From: Eledone cirrhosa | Lineage: Eukaryota | Direction: 5' to 3' | DNA: 64,000 nucleotides | Assembly: GCA_964016885.1 (NCBI GenBank) | Contig: OZ024744.1 | Span: 42,656,001-42,720,000 of the forward strand | Shown: positions 15,001 through 29,000 of the stretch, piece after piece | Layout of the letters: each line of letters opens with the position of its first letter | Numbering within the stretch: position 1 is the first letter of the stretch | Notes under the pieces: generated by a model | The model's input: the letters and a program-made list of their open reading frames with translations, nothing else | Database searches by the model: none | Told to the model about the DNA's origin: nothing | Program-made: the position numbers and the translations under genes

Positions 15001-18000
15001 TACAACTGTGTTACTAGTTGGTAATGTAACTGTTTAGGTTACTCTGGCTACAACTGTGTTACTAGTTGGTAATGTAACTGTTTTAGTTTCTCTGGCTACA
15101 ACTGTGTTACTAGTTGGTAATATTACTGTTTTAGTTAATCTGACCACAACTGTGTTACTAGTTGGCAATGTTACTGTTTTAGTTAATCTGACCACAACTG
15201 TGTTTCTAGTTGGTAATGTAACTGTTTTAGTTACTCTGGCTACAACTGTGTTACTAGTTGGTAATGTTACTGTTTTAGTTACTCTGGTTACATCTTTGTT
15301 ACTAGTTGGTAATATTACTGTTTTGTGTTACTCTTGCTACAACTGTGTTACTAGTTGGTAATGTTACTGTTTTGGTTACTCTGGCTACAACTGTGTTACT
15401 AGTTGGTAATGTTACTCTTTTAGTTACTGTGGCTACAACTGTGTTACTAGCAGGTAATGTAACTCTTTTAATTACTCTGGCTACAACTGTGTTACTAGTT
15501 GGTAATGTTACTGTTTTAGTTACTCTGGCTACAACTGTGTTACTAGTTGGTAATTTTATTGTTTTAGTTTCTCTGGCTACAACTGTGTTACTAGTTGGTA
15601 ATGTAATTGTTTTAGTTAGACTGGCTACAACTGTGTTACTAGTTGGCAATGTAATTGTTTTAGTTACTCTAGTTACAACTGTGTTACTAGTTGATAATGT
15701 GACTGTTTTAGTTACTCTGGCTACTACTGTATTACAAGTTGGTGATGTTACTCTTTTAGTAGCTCTGGCTACAACTGTGTTACTATTTTGTAACGTAACT
15801 GTTTTAGTTACTCTGGCTACAACTGTGTTACTAGTTGGTAATGTAATTGTTTAGGTTACTCTGGCTACAACTGTGTTACTAGTTGGTAATGTAACTGTTT
15901 TAGTTTCTCTGGCTACAAACGTGTTACTACTTGGTAATGTAACTGTTTTACTTACTCTGTCTACAACTGTGTTACTAGTTGGTAATGTAACTCTGTTAGT
16001 AACTCTGGCTACAACTGTGTTACTACTTGGTAATGTTACTGTTTTAGTTACTCTGGCTACAACTGTGTTACTACTTGGTAATGTAACTGTTTTAGTTACT
16101 CTGGCTACAACTGTGTTACTAGTTGGTAATGTAATTGTTTAGGTTACTCTGGCTACAACTGTGTTACTAGTTGGTAATGTAACTGTTTTAGTTTCTCTGG
16201 CTACAAATGTGTTACTAGTTGGTAATGTAACTGTTTTACTTACTCTGTCTACAACTGTGTTACTAGTTGGTAATGTAACTCTGTTAGTAAATCTGGCTAC
16301 AATTGTGTTACTAGTTTGTAATGTAACTGTTTTACTTTCTCTGTCTACAACTGTGTTACTAGTTGGTAATGTAACTGTTTTACTTACTCTGGCTACAACT
16401 GTTTTACTAGTTGGTAATGTTACTGTTTTAGTTACTATGGCTACAACTGTGTTACTAGTTGGTAATGTAACTATGTTAGTTATTCTGGCTACAACTGTGT
16501 TACTAGTTGGTGAAGTTACTGTTTTAGTTACTCTGGCTACAACTGTGTAACTAGTTGGTAATATTACTGTTTTAGTTAATCTGACCACAACTGTGTTACT
16601 AGTTGGCAATGTTCCTGTTTTAGTTAATCTGACCACAACTGTGTTTCTAGTTGGTAATGTAACTGTTTTAGTTACTCTGGCTACAACTGTGTTACTAGTT
16701 GGTAATGTTACTGTTTTAGTTACTCTGGTTACATCTTTGTTACTAGTTGGTAATATTACTGTTTTGTGTTACTCTTGCTACAACTGTGTTACTAGTTGGT
16801 AATGTTACTGTTTTGGTTACTCTGGCTACAACTGTGTTACTAGTTGGTAATGTAACTGTTTCAGTTACTCTGACTACAACTGTGTTACTAGTTGGTAATG
16901 TAACTGTTTTAGTTAGTCTGGCTACAACTGTGTTACTAGTTGGTAATGTTACTGTTTTAGTTTCTCTGGCTGCAACTGTGTTACTAGTTGGTAATGTAAC
17001 TGTTTTAGTTAGTCTGGCTACAACTCTGTTACTAGTTGGTAATGTAACTGTTTTAGTTTCTCTGGCTACAACTGTGTTACTAGTAGGTAATGTAAATGTT
17101 TCAGTTACTCTGGCTACAACTGTGTTACTTGTTGGTAATGTTACTGTTTTAGTTACTCTGGCTACAACTGTGTTACTAGTTGGTAATTTAATTGTTTTAA
17201 TTTCTCTGGCTACAACTGTGTTACTAGTTGGTAACGTAACTGTTTTAGTTACTCTGGCTACAACTGTGTTACTAGTTGGTAATGTAATTGTTTTAGTCAC
17301 TCTAGTTACAACTGTGTTACTAGTTGATAATGTGACTGTTTTAGTTACTCTGGCTACAACTGTGTTACTAGTTGGTAATGTAATTGTTTAGGTTACTCTG
17401 GCTACAACTGTGTTACTAGTTGGTAATGTAAATGTTTTAGTTTCTCTGGCTACGAATGTGTTACTAGTTGGTAATGTAACTGTTTTAGTAACTCTGGCTA
17501 CAACTGTGTTACTAGTTGGTAATGTAACTGTTTTAGTTACTCTCGCTACAACTGTGTTATTAGTTGGTAATGTAACTGTTTTAGTTACTCTAGCTACAAC
17601 TGTATTACTAGTTGGTAATGTAACTATTTTAGTTACTATGGCTACAACTGTGTTACTAGTTGGTAATGTTACTGTTTTAGTTACTGTGGCTACAACTGTG
17701 TTACTAGTTGGTAATGTAACTGTTTTAGTTACTCTGGCTACAACTGTGTTACTAGTTGCTAATGTTACTGTTTTAGTTACTGTGGCTACAACTGTGTTAC
17801 TAGTTGGTAATGTAATTGTTTAGGTTACTCTGGCTACAACTGTGTTACTAGTTGCTAATGTAACTGTTTTAGTTTCTCTGGCTACAAATGTGTTACTAGT
17901 TGGTAATGTAACTGTTTTAGTTACTCTGTCTAAAACTGTGTTACTAGTTGGTAATGTAACTCTATTAGTAACTCTGGCTACAACTGTGTTACTAGTTGGT

Positions 18001-19754
18001 AATGTAACTGTTTTACATTCTCTGTCTACAACTGTGTTACTAGTTGGTAATGTAACTGTTTTAGTAACACTGGCTACAACTGTGTTACTACTTGGCAATG
18101 TTACTGTTTTAGTTAATATGACCACAACTATGTTACTAGTTGGTAATGTAACTGTTTTAGTTACTCTGGCTACAACTGTGTTACTAGTGGGTAATGTAAT
18201 TGTTTTAGTTACTCTAGTTACAACTGTGTTACTAGTTGATAATGTGACTGTTTTAGTTACTCTGGCTACAACTGTGTTACAAGTTGGTAATGTAACTCTT
18301 TTAGTAGCTCTGGCTACAACTGTGTTACTAGTTGGTAATGTAACTGTTTTAGTTACTCTAGCTACAACTGTGTTACTTGTTGGTAATGTAACTGTTTTAG
18401 TTACTAAGGCTACAACTGTGTTACTAGCTGGTAATGTAACTATGTTAGTAACTCTGGCTACAACTGTGTTACTAGTTGGTAATGTTATTGTTTTAGTTAC
18501 TCTGGCTACAACTGTGTTACTAGTTGGTAATGTTACTGTTTTGGTTAATCTGACCACAACTGTGTTACTAGTTGGTAATGTAACTGTTTTAGTTACTCTG
18601 GCAACAACTGTGTTACTAGTTGGTAATGTAACTCTTTTAGTTGCTCTGGCTACAACTGTGTTACTATTTGGTAATGTAACTGTTATAGTTACTCTGGCTA
18701 CAACTATGTTACTAGTTGGTAATGTAACTGTTTTGCTTTCTCTGTCTACAACTGTGTTACTAGTTGGTAATGTAACTGTTTTAGTTACTCTGGCAACAAC
18801 TGTGTTACTAGTTGGTAATGTAACTCTTTTAGTTGCTCTGGCTACAACTGTGTTACTATTTGGTAATGTAAATGTTTTAGTTACTCTAGCTACAACTGTG
18901 TTACTAGTTGGTAATGTAAGTGTTTTAGTTACTATGGCTACAACTGTGTCACTAGTTGCTAATGTTACTCTTTTAGTTACTGTGGCTACAACTGTGTTAG
19001 TAGTTGGTAATGTAACTTTTTAGTTACTCTGGCTACAACTGTGTTACTAGTTGGTAATGTTACTGTTTTAGTTAATCTGGCTACAACTGTGTTACTAGTT
19101 GGTAATATAACTGTTTTAGTTACTATGTCTACAACTGTGTTACTATTTGATAATGTTACTGTTTTAGTTACTGTGGCTACAACTGTGTTACTAGTAGGTA
19201 ATGTAACTGTTTTAGTTACTCTGGCTACAACTGTGTTACTATTTGGTAATGTTACTGTTTTAGTTACTCTGGCTACAACTGTGTTACTAGTTGGTAATTT
19301 TATTGTTTTAGTTTCTCTGGCTACAACTGTGTTACTAGTTGGTAATGTAATTGTTTTAGTTAGTCTGGCTACAACTGTGTTACTAGTTGGTAATGTAATT
19401 GTTTTAGTTACTCTAGTTACAACTGTGTTACTAGTTGATAATGTGACTGTTTTAGTTACTCTAGCTACAACTGTGTTACAAGTTGGTAATGTAATTCTTT
19501 TAGTAGCTCTGGCTACAACTGTGTTACTATTTTGTAATGTAACTGTTTTAGTTACTCTGGCTACAACTGTGTTACTAGTTGGTAATGTTACTGTTTTAGT
19601 TACTATGGCTACAACTGTGTTACTAGTTGGTAATGTAACTATGTTAGTAACTCTGGCTACAACTGTGTTACTACTTGGTAATGTTACTGTTTTAGTTACT
19701 CTGGCTACAACTGTGTTACTAGTTGGTAATATTACTGTTTTAGTTAATCTGACC

Positions 19755-22700
19755 ACAACTGAGTTACTAGTTGGTAATGTAACTGTTTTAGTTACTCTGG
19801 CTACTACTGTGTTACTATTTGGTAATGTAACTGTTTTAGTTACTCTGGCTGCAACTGTGTTACTAGTTCGTAATGTAACTGTTTTAGTTAATATGGCTAC
19901 AACTGTGTTACTAGTTGGTAATGTTACTCTTTTAATAACTGTGGCTACAACTGTGTTAGTAGTTGGTAATGTAACTGTTTTAGTTACTCTGGCTACAACT
20001 GTGTTACTAGTTGGTAATGTTACTGTTTTAGTTAATCTGGCTACAGCTGTGTTACTAGTTGGTAATATAACTGTTTTAGTTACTATGTCTACAACTGTGT
20101 TACTATTTGATAATGTTACTGTTTTAGTTACTGTGGCTACAACTGTGTTACTAGTAGGTAATGTAACTGTTTAAATTACTCTGGCTACAAATGTGTTACT
20201 AGTTGGTAATGTAATTGTTTTAGTTAGTCTGGCTACAACTGTGTTACTAGTTGGCAATGTAATTGTTTTAGTTACTCTAGTTACAACTGTGTTACTAGTT
20301 GATAATGTGACTGTTTTAGTTACTCTGGCTAAAACTGTATTACAAGTTGGTAATGTAACTCTTTTAGTAGCTCTGGCTACAACTGTGTTACTATTTGGTA
20401 ATGTAACTGTTTTAGTTACTCTGGCTACAACTGTGTTACTAGTTGGTAATGTAATTGTTTAGGTTTCTCTGGCTACAACTGTGTTACTAGTTGGTAATGT
20501 AACTGTTTTAGTTTCTCTGGCTACAAATGTGTTACTAGTTCGTAATGTAACTGTTTTACTTACTCTGTCTACAACTGTGTTACTAGTTGGTAATGTAACT
20601 CTGTTAGTAACTCTGGCTACATCTGTGTTACTAGTTTGTAATGTAACTGTTTTACTTTCTCTGTCTACAACTGTGTTACTAGTTGGTAATGTAACTGTTT
20701 TAGTTACTCTGGCTACAACTGTCTTATTAGTTGGTAATGTTACTGTTTTAGTTACTATGGCTGCAACTGTGTTACTAGTTGGTAATGTAACTATGTTAGT
20801 TATTCTGGCTACAACTGTGTTACTAGTTGGTAAATTTGCTGTTTAATTGCTCTGGCTACAACTGTGTTACTAGTTGGTAATATTACTGTTTTAGTTACTC
20901 TTGCTACAACTGTGTTACTAGTTGGTAATGTTACTCTTTTGGTTACTCTGGCTACAACTGTGTTACTAGTTGGTAATGTTACTGTTTCAGTTACTCTGAC
21001 TACAACTGTGTTACTAGTTGGTAATGTAACTGTTTTCTTTAGTCTGGCTACAACTGTGTTACTAGTTGGTAATGTTACTGTTTTAGTTTCTCTGGCTTCA
21101 ACTGTGTTACTAGTTGGTAATGTAACTGTTTTAGTTTCTCTGGCTACAACTGTGTTACTTGTTGGTAATGTTACTGTTTTAGTTACTCTGGCTACAACTG
21201 TGTTACTAGTTGGTAATTTAATTGTTTTAGTTTCTCTGGCTACAACTGTGTTACTAGTTGGAAATGTAACTTTTTTAGTAGCTCTGGCTACAACTGTGTT
21301 ACTATTTGGTAATGTAACTGTTTTAGTTACTGTGGCTACAACTGTGTTACTAGTTGGTAATGTAATTGTTTAGGTTACTCTGGCTACAACTGTGTTACTA
21401 GTTGGTAATGTTACTGTTTTAGTTACTCTGGCTACAACTGTGTTACTAGTTGGTAATTTAATTGTTTTAGTTTCTCTGGCTACAACTGTGTTACTAGTTG
21501 GTAATGTAATTGTTTTAGTTAGTCTGGCTACTCCTGGGTTACTAGTTGGTAACGTAACTGTTTTAGTTACTCTGGCTACAACTGTGTTACTAGTTGGTAA
21601 TGTATGTGTTTTAGTTTCTCTGTCTACAACTGTGTTACTAGTTGGTACTGTAACTGTTTTAGTTACTCTCGCTACAACTGTGTTACTATTTGGTAATGTA
21701 ACTGTTTTAGTTACTCTGGCTACAACTGTGTTACTAGTTGGTAATGTAATTGTTTAGGTTACTCTGGCTACAACTGTGTTACTAGTTGGTAATGTAATTG
21801 TTTAGGTTACTCTGGCTACAACTGTGTTACTAGTTGGTAATGTAACTGTTTTAGTTACTATGGCTACAACTGTGTTACTAGTTGGTAATGTAACTATGTT
21901 AGTAACTCAGGCTACAACTGTGTTACTAGTTGGTAATGTTACTGTTTTAGTTAATCTGACCACAACTGTGTTACTAGTTGGTAATGTAACTGTTTAATTA
22001 CTCTGGCTAAAACTTTGTTACTAGTTGGTAATATTACTGTTTTAGTTACTCTTGCTACGAATGTGTTACTGGTTGGTAACGTAACTGTTTTAGTTTCTCT
22101 GGCTACAACTGTGTTACTAGTTGGTAATGTTACTGTTTCAGTTACTCTGGCTACAATTGTGTTACTAGTTGGTAATGTGACTGTTTTAGTTACTCTGGCT
22201 ACAACTGTGTTACAAGTTGGTAATGTAAATCTTTTAGCTACTCAGTCTACAACTGTGTTACTAGTTGGTAATGTAACTCTTTTAGTAACTCTGGCTACAA
22301 CAGTGTTACTAGTTGGTAATGTAACCATGTTAGTAACACTGGCTACAACAAGTGTTACTAGTTGGTAATGTAATTGTTTTAGTTAGTCTGGCTACAACTG
22401 TGTTACTAGTTGGTAATGTAATTGTTTTAGTTAGTCTGGCTACAACTGTGTTACTAGTTGGTAATGTATGTGTTTTAGATTCTCTGTCTACAACTGTGTT
22501 ACTAGTTGGTAATGTAACTGTTTTAGTTACTCTCGCTACAACTGTGTTACTAGTTGGTAATATAATTGTTTTAGTTACTCTAGTTACAACTGTGTTACTA
22601 GTTGATAATGTGACTGTTTTAGTTACTCTGGCTACAACTGAGTTACTAGTTGGTAATGTAACTGTTTTAGTTACTCTGGCTACTACTGTGTTACTATTTG

Positions 22701-25510
22701 GTAATGTAACTGTTTTAGTTACTCTGGCTGCAACTGTGTTACTAGTTCGTAATGTAACTGTTTTAGTTAATATGGCTACAACTGTGTTACTAGTTGGTAA
22801 TGTTACTCTTTTAATAACTGTGGCTACAACTGTGTTAGTAGTTGGTAATGTAACTGTTTTAGTTACTCTGGCTACAACTGTGTTACTAGTTGGTAATGTT
22901 ACTGTTTTAGTTAATCTGGCTACAGCTGTGTTACTAGTTGGTAATATAACTGTTTTAGTTACTATGTCTACAACTGTGTTACTATTTGATAATGTTACTG
23001 TTTTAGTTACTGTGGCTACAACTGTGTTACTAGTAGGTAATGTAACTGTTTAAATTACTCTGGCTACAAATGTGTTACTAGTTGGTAATGTAATTGTTTT
23101 AGTTAGTCTGGCTACAACTGTGTTACTAGTTGGCAATGTAATTGTTTTAGTTACTCTAGTTACAACTGTGTTACTAGTTGATAATGTGACTGTTTTAGTT
23201 ACTCTGGCTAAAACTGTATTACAAGTTGGTAATGTAACTCTTTTAGTAGCTCTGGCTACAACTGTGTTACTATTTGGTAATGTAACTGTTTTAGTTACTC
23301 TGGCTACAACTGTGTTACTAGTTGGTAATGTAATTGTTTAGGTTTCTCTGGCTACAACTGTGTTACTAGTTGGTAATGTAACTGTTTTAGTTTCTCTGGC
23401 TACAAATGTGTTACTAGTTCGTAATGTAACTGTTTTACTTACTCTGTCTACAACTGTGTTACTAGTTGGTAATGTAACTCTGTTAGTAACTCTGGCTACA
23501 TCTGTGTTACTAGTTTGTAATGTAACTGTTTTACTTTCTCTGTCTACAACTGTGTTACTAGTTGGTAATGTAACTGTTTTAGTTACTCTGGCTACAACTG
23601 TCTTATTAGTTGGTAATGTTACTGTTTTATTTACTATGGCTGCAACTGTGTTACTAGTTGGTAATGTAACTATGTTAGTTATTCTGGCTACAACTGTGTT
23701 ACTAGTTGGTAAATTTGCTGTTTAATTGCTCTGGCTACAACTGTGTTACTAGTTGGTAATATTACTGTTTTAGTTACTCTTGCTACAACTGTGTTACTAG
23801 TTGGTAATGTTACTCTTTTGGTTACTCTGGCTACAACTGTGTTACTAGTTGGTAATGTTACTGTTTCAGTTACTCTGACTACAACTGTGTTACTAGTTGG
23901 TAATGTAACTGTTTTCTTTAGTCTGGCTACAACTGTGTTACTAGTTGGTAATGTTACTGTTTTAGTTTCTCTGGCTTCAACTGTGTTACTAGTTGGTAAT
24001 GTAACTGTTTTAGTTTCTCTGGCTACAACTGTGTTACTTGTTGGTAATGTTACTGTTTTAGTTACTCTGGCTACAACTGTGTTACTAGTTGGTAATTTAA
24101 TTGTTTTAGTTTCTCTGGCTACAACTGTGTTACTAGTTGGAAATGTAACTTTTTTAGTAGCTCTGGCTACAACTGTGTTACTATTTGGTAATGTAACTGT
24201 TTTAGTTACTGTGGCTACAACTGTGTTACTAGTTGGTAATGTAATTGTTTAGGTTACTCTGGCTACAACTGTGTTACTAGTTGGTAATGTTACTGTTTTA
24301 GTTACTCTGGCTACAACTGTGTTACTAGTTGGTAATTTAATTGTTTTAGTTTCTCTGGCTACAACTGTGTTACTAGTTGGTAATGTAATTGTTTTAGTTA
24401 GTCTGGCTACTCCTGTGTTACTAGTTGGTAACGTAACTGTTTTAGTTACTCTGGCTACAACTGTGTTACTAGTTGGTAATGTATGTGTTTTAGTTTCTCT
24501 GTCTACAACTGTGTTACTAGTTGGTACTGTAACTGTTTTAGTTACTCTCGCTACAACTGTGTTACTATTTGGTAATGTAACTGTTTTAGTTACTCTGGCT
24601 ACAACTGTGTTACTAGTTGGTAATGTAATTGTTTAGGTTACTCTGGCTACAACTGTGTTACTAGTTGGTAATGTAATTGTTTAGGTTACTCTGGCTACAA
24701 CTGTGTTACTAGTTGGTAATGTAACTGTTTTAGTTACTATGGCTACAACTGTGTTACTAGTTGGTAATGTAACTATGTTAGTAACTCAGGCTACAACTGT
24801 GTTACTAGTTGGTAATGTTACTGTTTTAGTTAATCTGACCACAACTGTGTTACTAGTTGGTAATGTAACTGTTTAATTACTCTGGCTAAAACTTTGTTAC
24901 TAGTTGGTAATATTACTGTTTTAGTTACTCTTGCTACGAATGTGTTACTGGTTGGTAACGTAACTGTTTTAGTTTCTCTGGCTACAACTGTGTTACTAGT
25001 TGGTAATGTTACTGTTTCAGTTACTCTGGCTACAATTGTGTTACTAGTTGGTAATGTGACTGTTTTAGTTACTCTGGCTACAACTGTGTTACAAGTTGGT
25101 AATGTAAATCTTTTAGCTACTCAGTCTACAACTGTGTTACTAGTTGGTAATGTAACTCTTTTAGTAACTCTGGCTACAACAGTGTTACTAGTTGGTAATG
25201 TAACCATGTTAGTAACACTGGCTACAACAAGTGTTACTAGTTGGTAATGTAATTGTTTTAGTTAGTCTGGCTACAACTGTGTTACTAGTTGGTAATGTAA
25301 TTGTTTTAGTTAGTCTGGCTACAACTGTGTTACTAGTTGGTAATGTATGTGTTTTAGATTCTCTGTCTACAACTGTGTTACTAGTTGGTAATGTAACTGT
25401 TTTAGTTACTCTCGCTACAACTGTGTTACTAGTTGGTAATATAATTGTTTTAGTTACTCTAGTTACAACTGTGTTACTAGTTGATAATGTGACTGTTTTA
25501 GTTACTCTGG
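19755..25510. repeat. Higher-order tandem duplication of 2,879 bp (60 monomers -1) within the satellite
   Basis: Identical variant series and ORF pattern recur at offset 2879 (20193/23072, 20481/23360, 20864/23743, 21392/24271, 22015/24894). Boundaries approximate. Confidence 0.9.
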
Positions 25511-26049
25511 CTACAACTGTGTTACTAGTTGGTAATGTAACTCTTTTAGTAGCTCTGGCTACAACTGTGTTACTATTTGGTAACGTAACTGTTTTAGTTA
25601 CTCTGGCTACAACTGTGTTACTAGTTGGTAATGTAATTGTTTAGGTTACTCTGGCTACAACTGTGTTACTAATTGGTAATGTAATTGTTTAGGTTACTCT
25701 GGCTACAACTGTGTTACTAGTTGGTAATGTAACTGTTTTAGTTACTATGTCTACAACTGTGTTACTAGTTGGTAATGTAACTATGTTAGTAACTCAGACT
25801 ACAATTGTGTTACTAGTTGGTAATGTTACTGTTTTAGTTACTCTGGCTACAACTGTGTTACTAGTTGGTAATGTTACTGTTTTATTTAATCTGACCACAA
25901 CTGTGTTACTAGTTGGTAATGTAACTGTTTTAGTTACTCTGGCTACAACTGTGTTACTAGTTGGTAATGTTACTGTTTTAGTTACTCTGGCTACAACTTT
26001 GTTACTAGTTGGTAATATTACTGTTTTAGTTACTCTTGCTACGAATGTG

Positions 26050-29000
26050 TTACTAGTTGGTAACGTAACTGTTTTAGTTTCTCTGGCTACAACTGTGTTA
26101 CTAGTTGGTTATGTTACTGTTTCAGTTACTCTGGCTACAACTGTGTTACTAGTTGGTAATGTGACTGTTTTAGTTACTCTGGCTACAACTGTGTTACAAG
26201 TTGGTAATGTAAATCTTTTAGCTACTCAGTCTACAACTGTGTTACTAGTTGGTAATGTAACTCTTTTAGTAACTCTGGCTACAACAGTGTTACTAGTTGG
26301 TAATGTAACCATGTTAGTAACACTGGCTAGAACAAGTGTTACTAGTTGGTAATGTAATTGTTTTAGTTAGTCTGGCTACAACTGTGTTACTAGTTGGTAA
26401 TGTAACTGCTTTAGTTACTCTGACTACAACTGTGTTACTAGTTGGTAATGTAACTCTTTTAGTAACTCTGGCTTCAACTGTGTTACTAGTTGGTAATGTA
26501 AGTCTTTTAGCTACTCAGTCTACAACTGTGTTACTAGTTGGTAATGTAACTCTTTTAGTAACTCTGGCTACAACAGTGTTACTAGGTGGTAATGTAACCA
26601 TGTTAGTAACTCTGGCTACAACTATGTTACTAGTTGGTAATGTAACTGTTTTAGTTACTCTGGATACAACTGTGTTACTAGTTGGTAATGTAACTGTTTA
26701 GGTTACTCTGGCTACAACTGTGTTACTAGTTGGTAATGTAATTGTTTTAGTTTCTCTGGTTACAACTGTGTTACTAGTTGATAATGTGACTGTTTTAGTT
26801 ACTCTCGCTACAACTGTGTTACAAGTTGGTAATGTAAATCTTTTAGTTACTCTGGCTACAACTGTGTTACTATTTGGTAATGTAACTGTTTTAGTTACTC
26901 TGGCTTCAACTATGTTACTAGTTGGTAATGTAACTGTTTTAGTTACTCTGGCTACAACTGTGTTACTAGTTGGTAATGTAACTGTTTTAGTTACTCTGGC
27001 TACAACTGTGTTACTAGTTGGTAATGTAATTGTTTTAGTTTCTCTGGCTACAACTGTGTTAGTATTTGCTAATGTAATTGTTTTCGTTTTTCTGGCTACA
27101 ACTGTGTTACTAGTTGGTAATGTATCTGTTTTAGTTACTCTGGCTACAACTGTGTTACTAGTTGATAATGTAACTGTTTTAGTTACTTTGGCTACAACTG
27201 TGTTACTAGTTGGTAATGTAACTGTATTAGTTTCTCTGGCTACCTCTGTGTTACTAGTTGGTAATTTAACAGTTTTAGTTACTCTGGCTACAACTGTGTT
27301 ACTAGTTGGTAACGTAACTGTTTTAGTTTCTCTGGCTACAACTGTGTTACTAGTTGGTAATGTTACTGTTTTAGTTAATCTGACCACAACTGTGTTACTA
27401 GTTGGTAATGTTACTGTTTCATTTAATCTGACCACAACTGTGTTACTTGTTGGTAATGTAACTGTTTTAGTTACTCTGGCTACAACTGTGTTACTAGTTG
27501 GTAATGTTACTGTTTTAGTTACTCTGGCTACAACTTTGTTACTAGTTGGTGATATTACTGTTTTAGCTACTCTTGCTACGAATGTGTTACTAGTTGGTAA
27601 CGTAACTGTTTTAGTTTCTCTGGCTACAACTGTGTTACTAGTTGGTAATGTTGCTGTTTTAGTTACTCTGGCTACAACTGTATTACTAGTTGGTAATGTA
27701 ACTGTTTTAGTTCCTCTGTCTACAACTGTGTTACTAGTTGGTAATGTTACTGTTTTAGTTACTGTGGCTACAACTGTGTTACTAGTTGGTAATGTAACTG
27801 TTTTAGTTACTCCGGCTACAACTGTGTTACTAGTTGGTAATGTTATTGTTTTAGTTACTGTGGCTACAACTGTGTTACTAGTTGGTAATATAACTGCTTT
27901 AGTTACTATGGATACAACTGTGTTACTAGTTGGTAACGTTACTGTCTTCGTTACTGTGGCTACAACTGTGTTACTAGTAGGTAATGTCACTGTTTCAGTT
28001 ACTCTGGCTACAACTGTGTTACTTGTTGGTAATGTTACTGTTTTAGTTACTCTGGCTACAACTGTGTTACTAGTTTGTAATTTAATTGTTTAGTTTCTCT
28101 GGCTACAACTGTGTTACAAGTTGGTAATGTAATTGTTTTAGTTAGTCTGGCTACAACTGTGTTGCTAGTTGGTAATTCTTACTATTTTAGTTACTCTGTC
28201 TACAACTGTGTTACTATTTGGTAATGTAACTTTTTTTATTTTCTCTGTCTACAACTGTGTTACTAGTTGGTAACGTATCTGTTTTAGTTACTCTGGTTAC
28301 AACTGTGTTACTAGTTGGTAATGTAATTTGTTTAGTTACTCTAGTTACAACTGTTTTACTAGTTGATAATGTGACTGTTTTAGTTACTCTGGCTACAACT
28401 GTGTTACAAGTTGGTAATGTAATTTTTTTAGTAGCTCTGGCTACAACTGTGTTACTATTTGGTAATGTAACTGTTTTAGTTACTCTTGCTACAACTGTGT
28501 TACTAGTTGGTAATGTAATTGTTTAGGTTACTCTGGCTAGAAATGTGTTACTAGTTGGTAACGTAACTGTTTTAGTTTCTCTGACTACAAATGTGTTGCT
28601 AGTTGGTTATGTAACTGTTTTAGTTACTGTGTCTCCAACTGTGTTACTAGTTGGTAATGTAACTCTGTTAGTAACTCTGGCTACAACTGTGTTACTAGTT
28701 GGTAAAGTAACTGTTTTAGTTTCTCTGGCTGCAACTGTGTTACTAGTTGGTAATGTAACTGTTTTAGTTACTCTGGATACAACTGTGTTACTAGTTGGTA
28801 ATGTAACTGTTTAGGTTACTCTGACTACAACTGTGTTACTAGTTGGTAACGTAATTGTTTTAGTTTCTCTGGTTACAACTGTGTTCCTAGTTGATAATGT
28901 GACTGTTGTAGTTACTCTGGCGACAACTGTGTTACAAGTTGGTAATGTAACTCTTTTAGTTACTCTGGCTACAACTGTGTTACTAGTTGGTAATGTAATT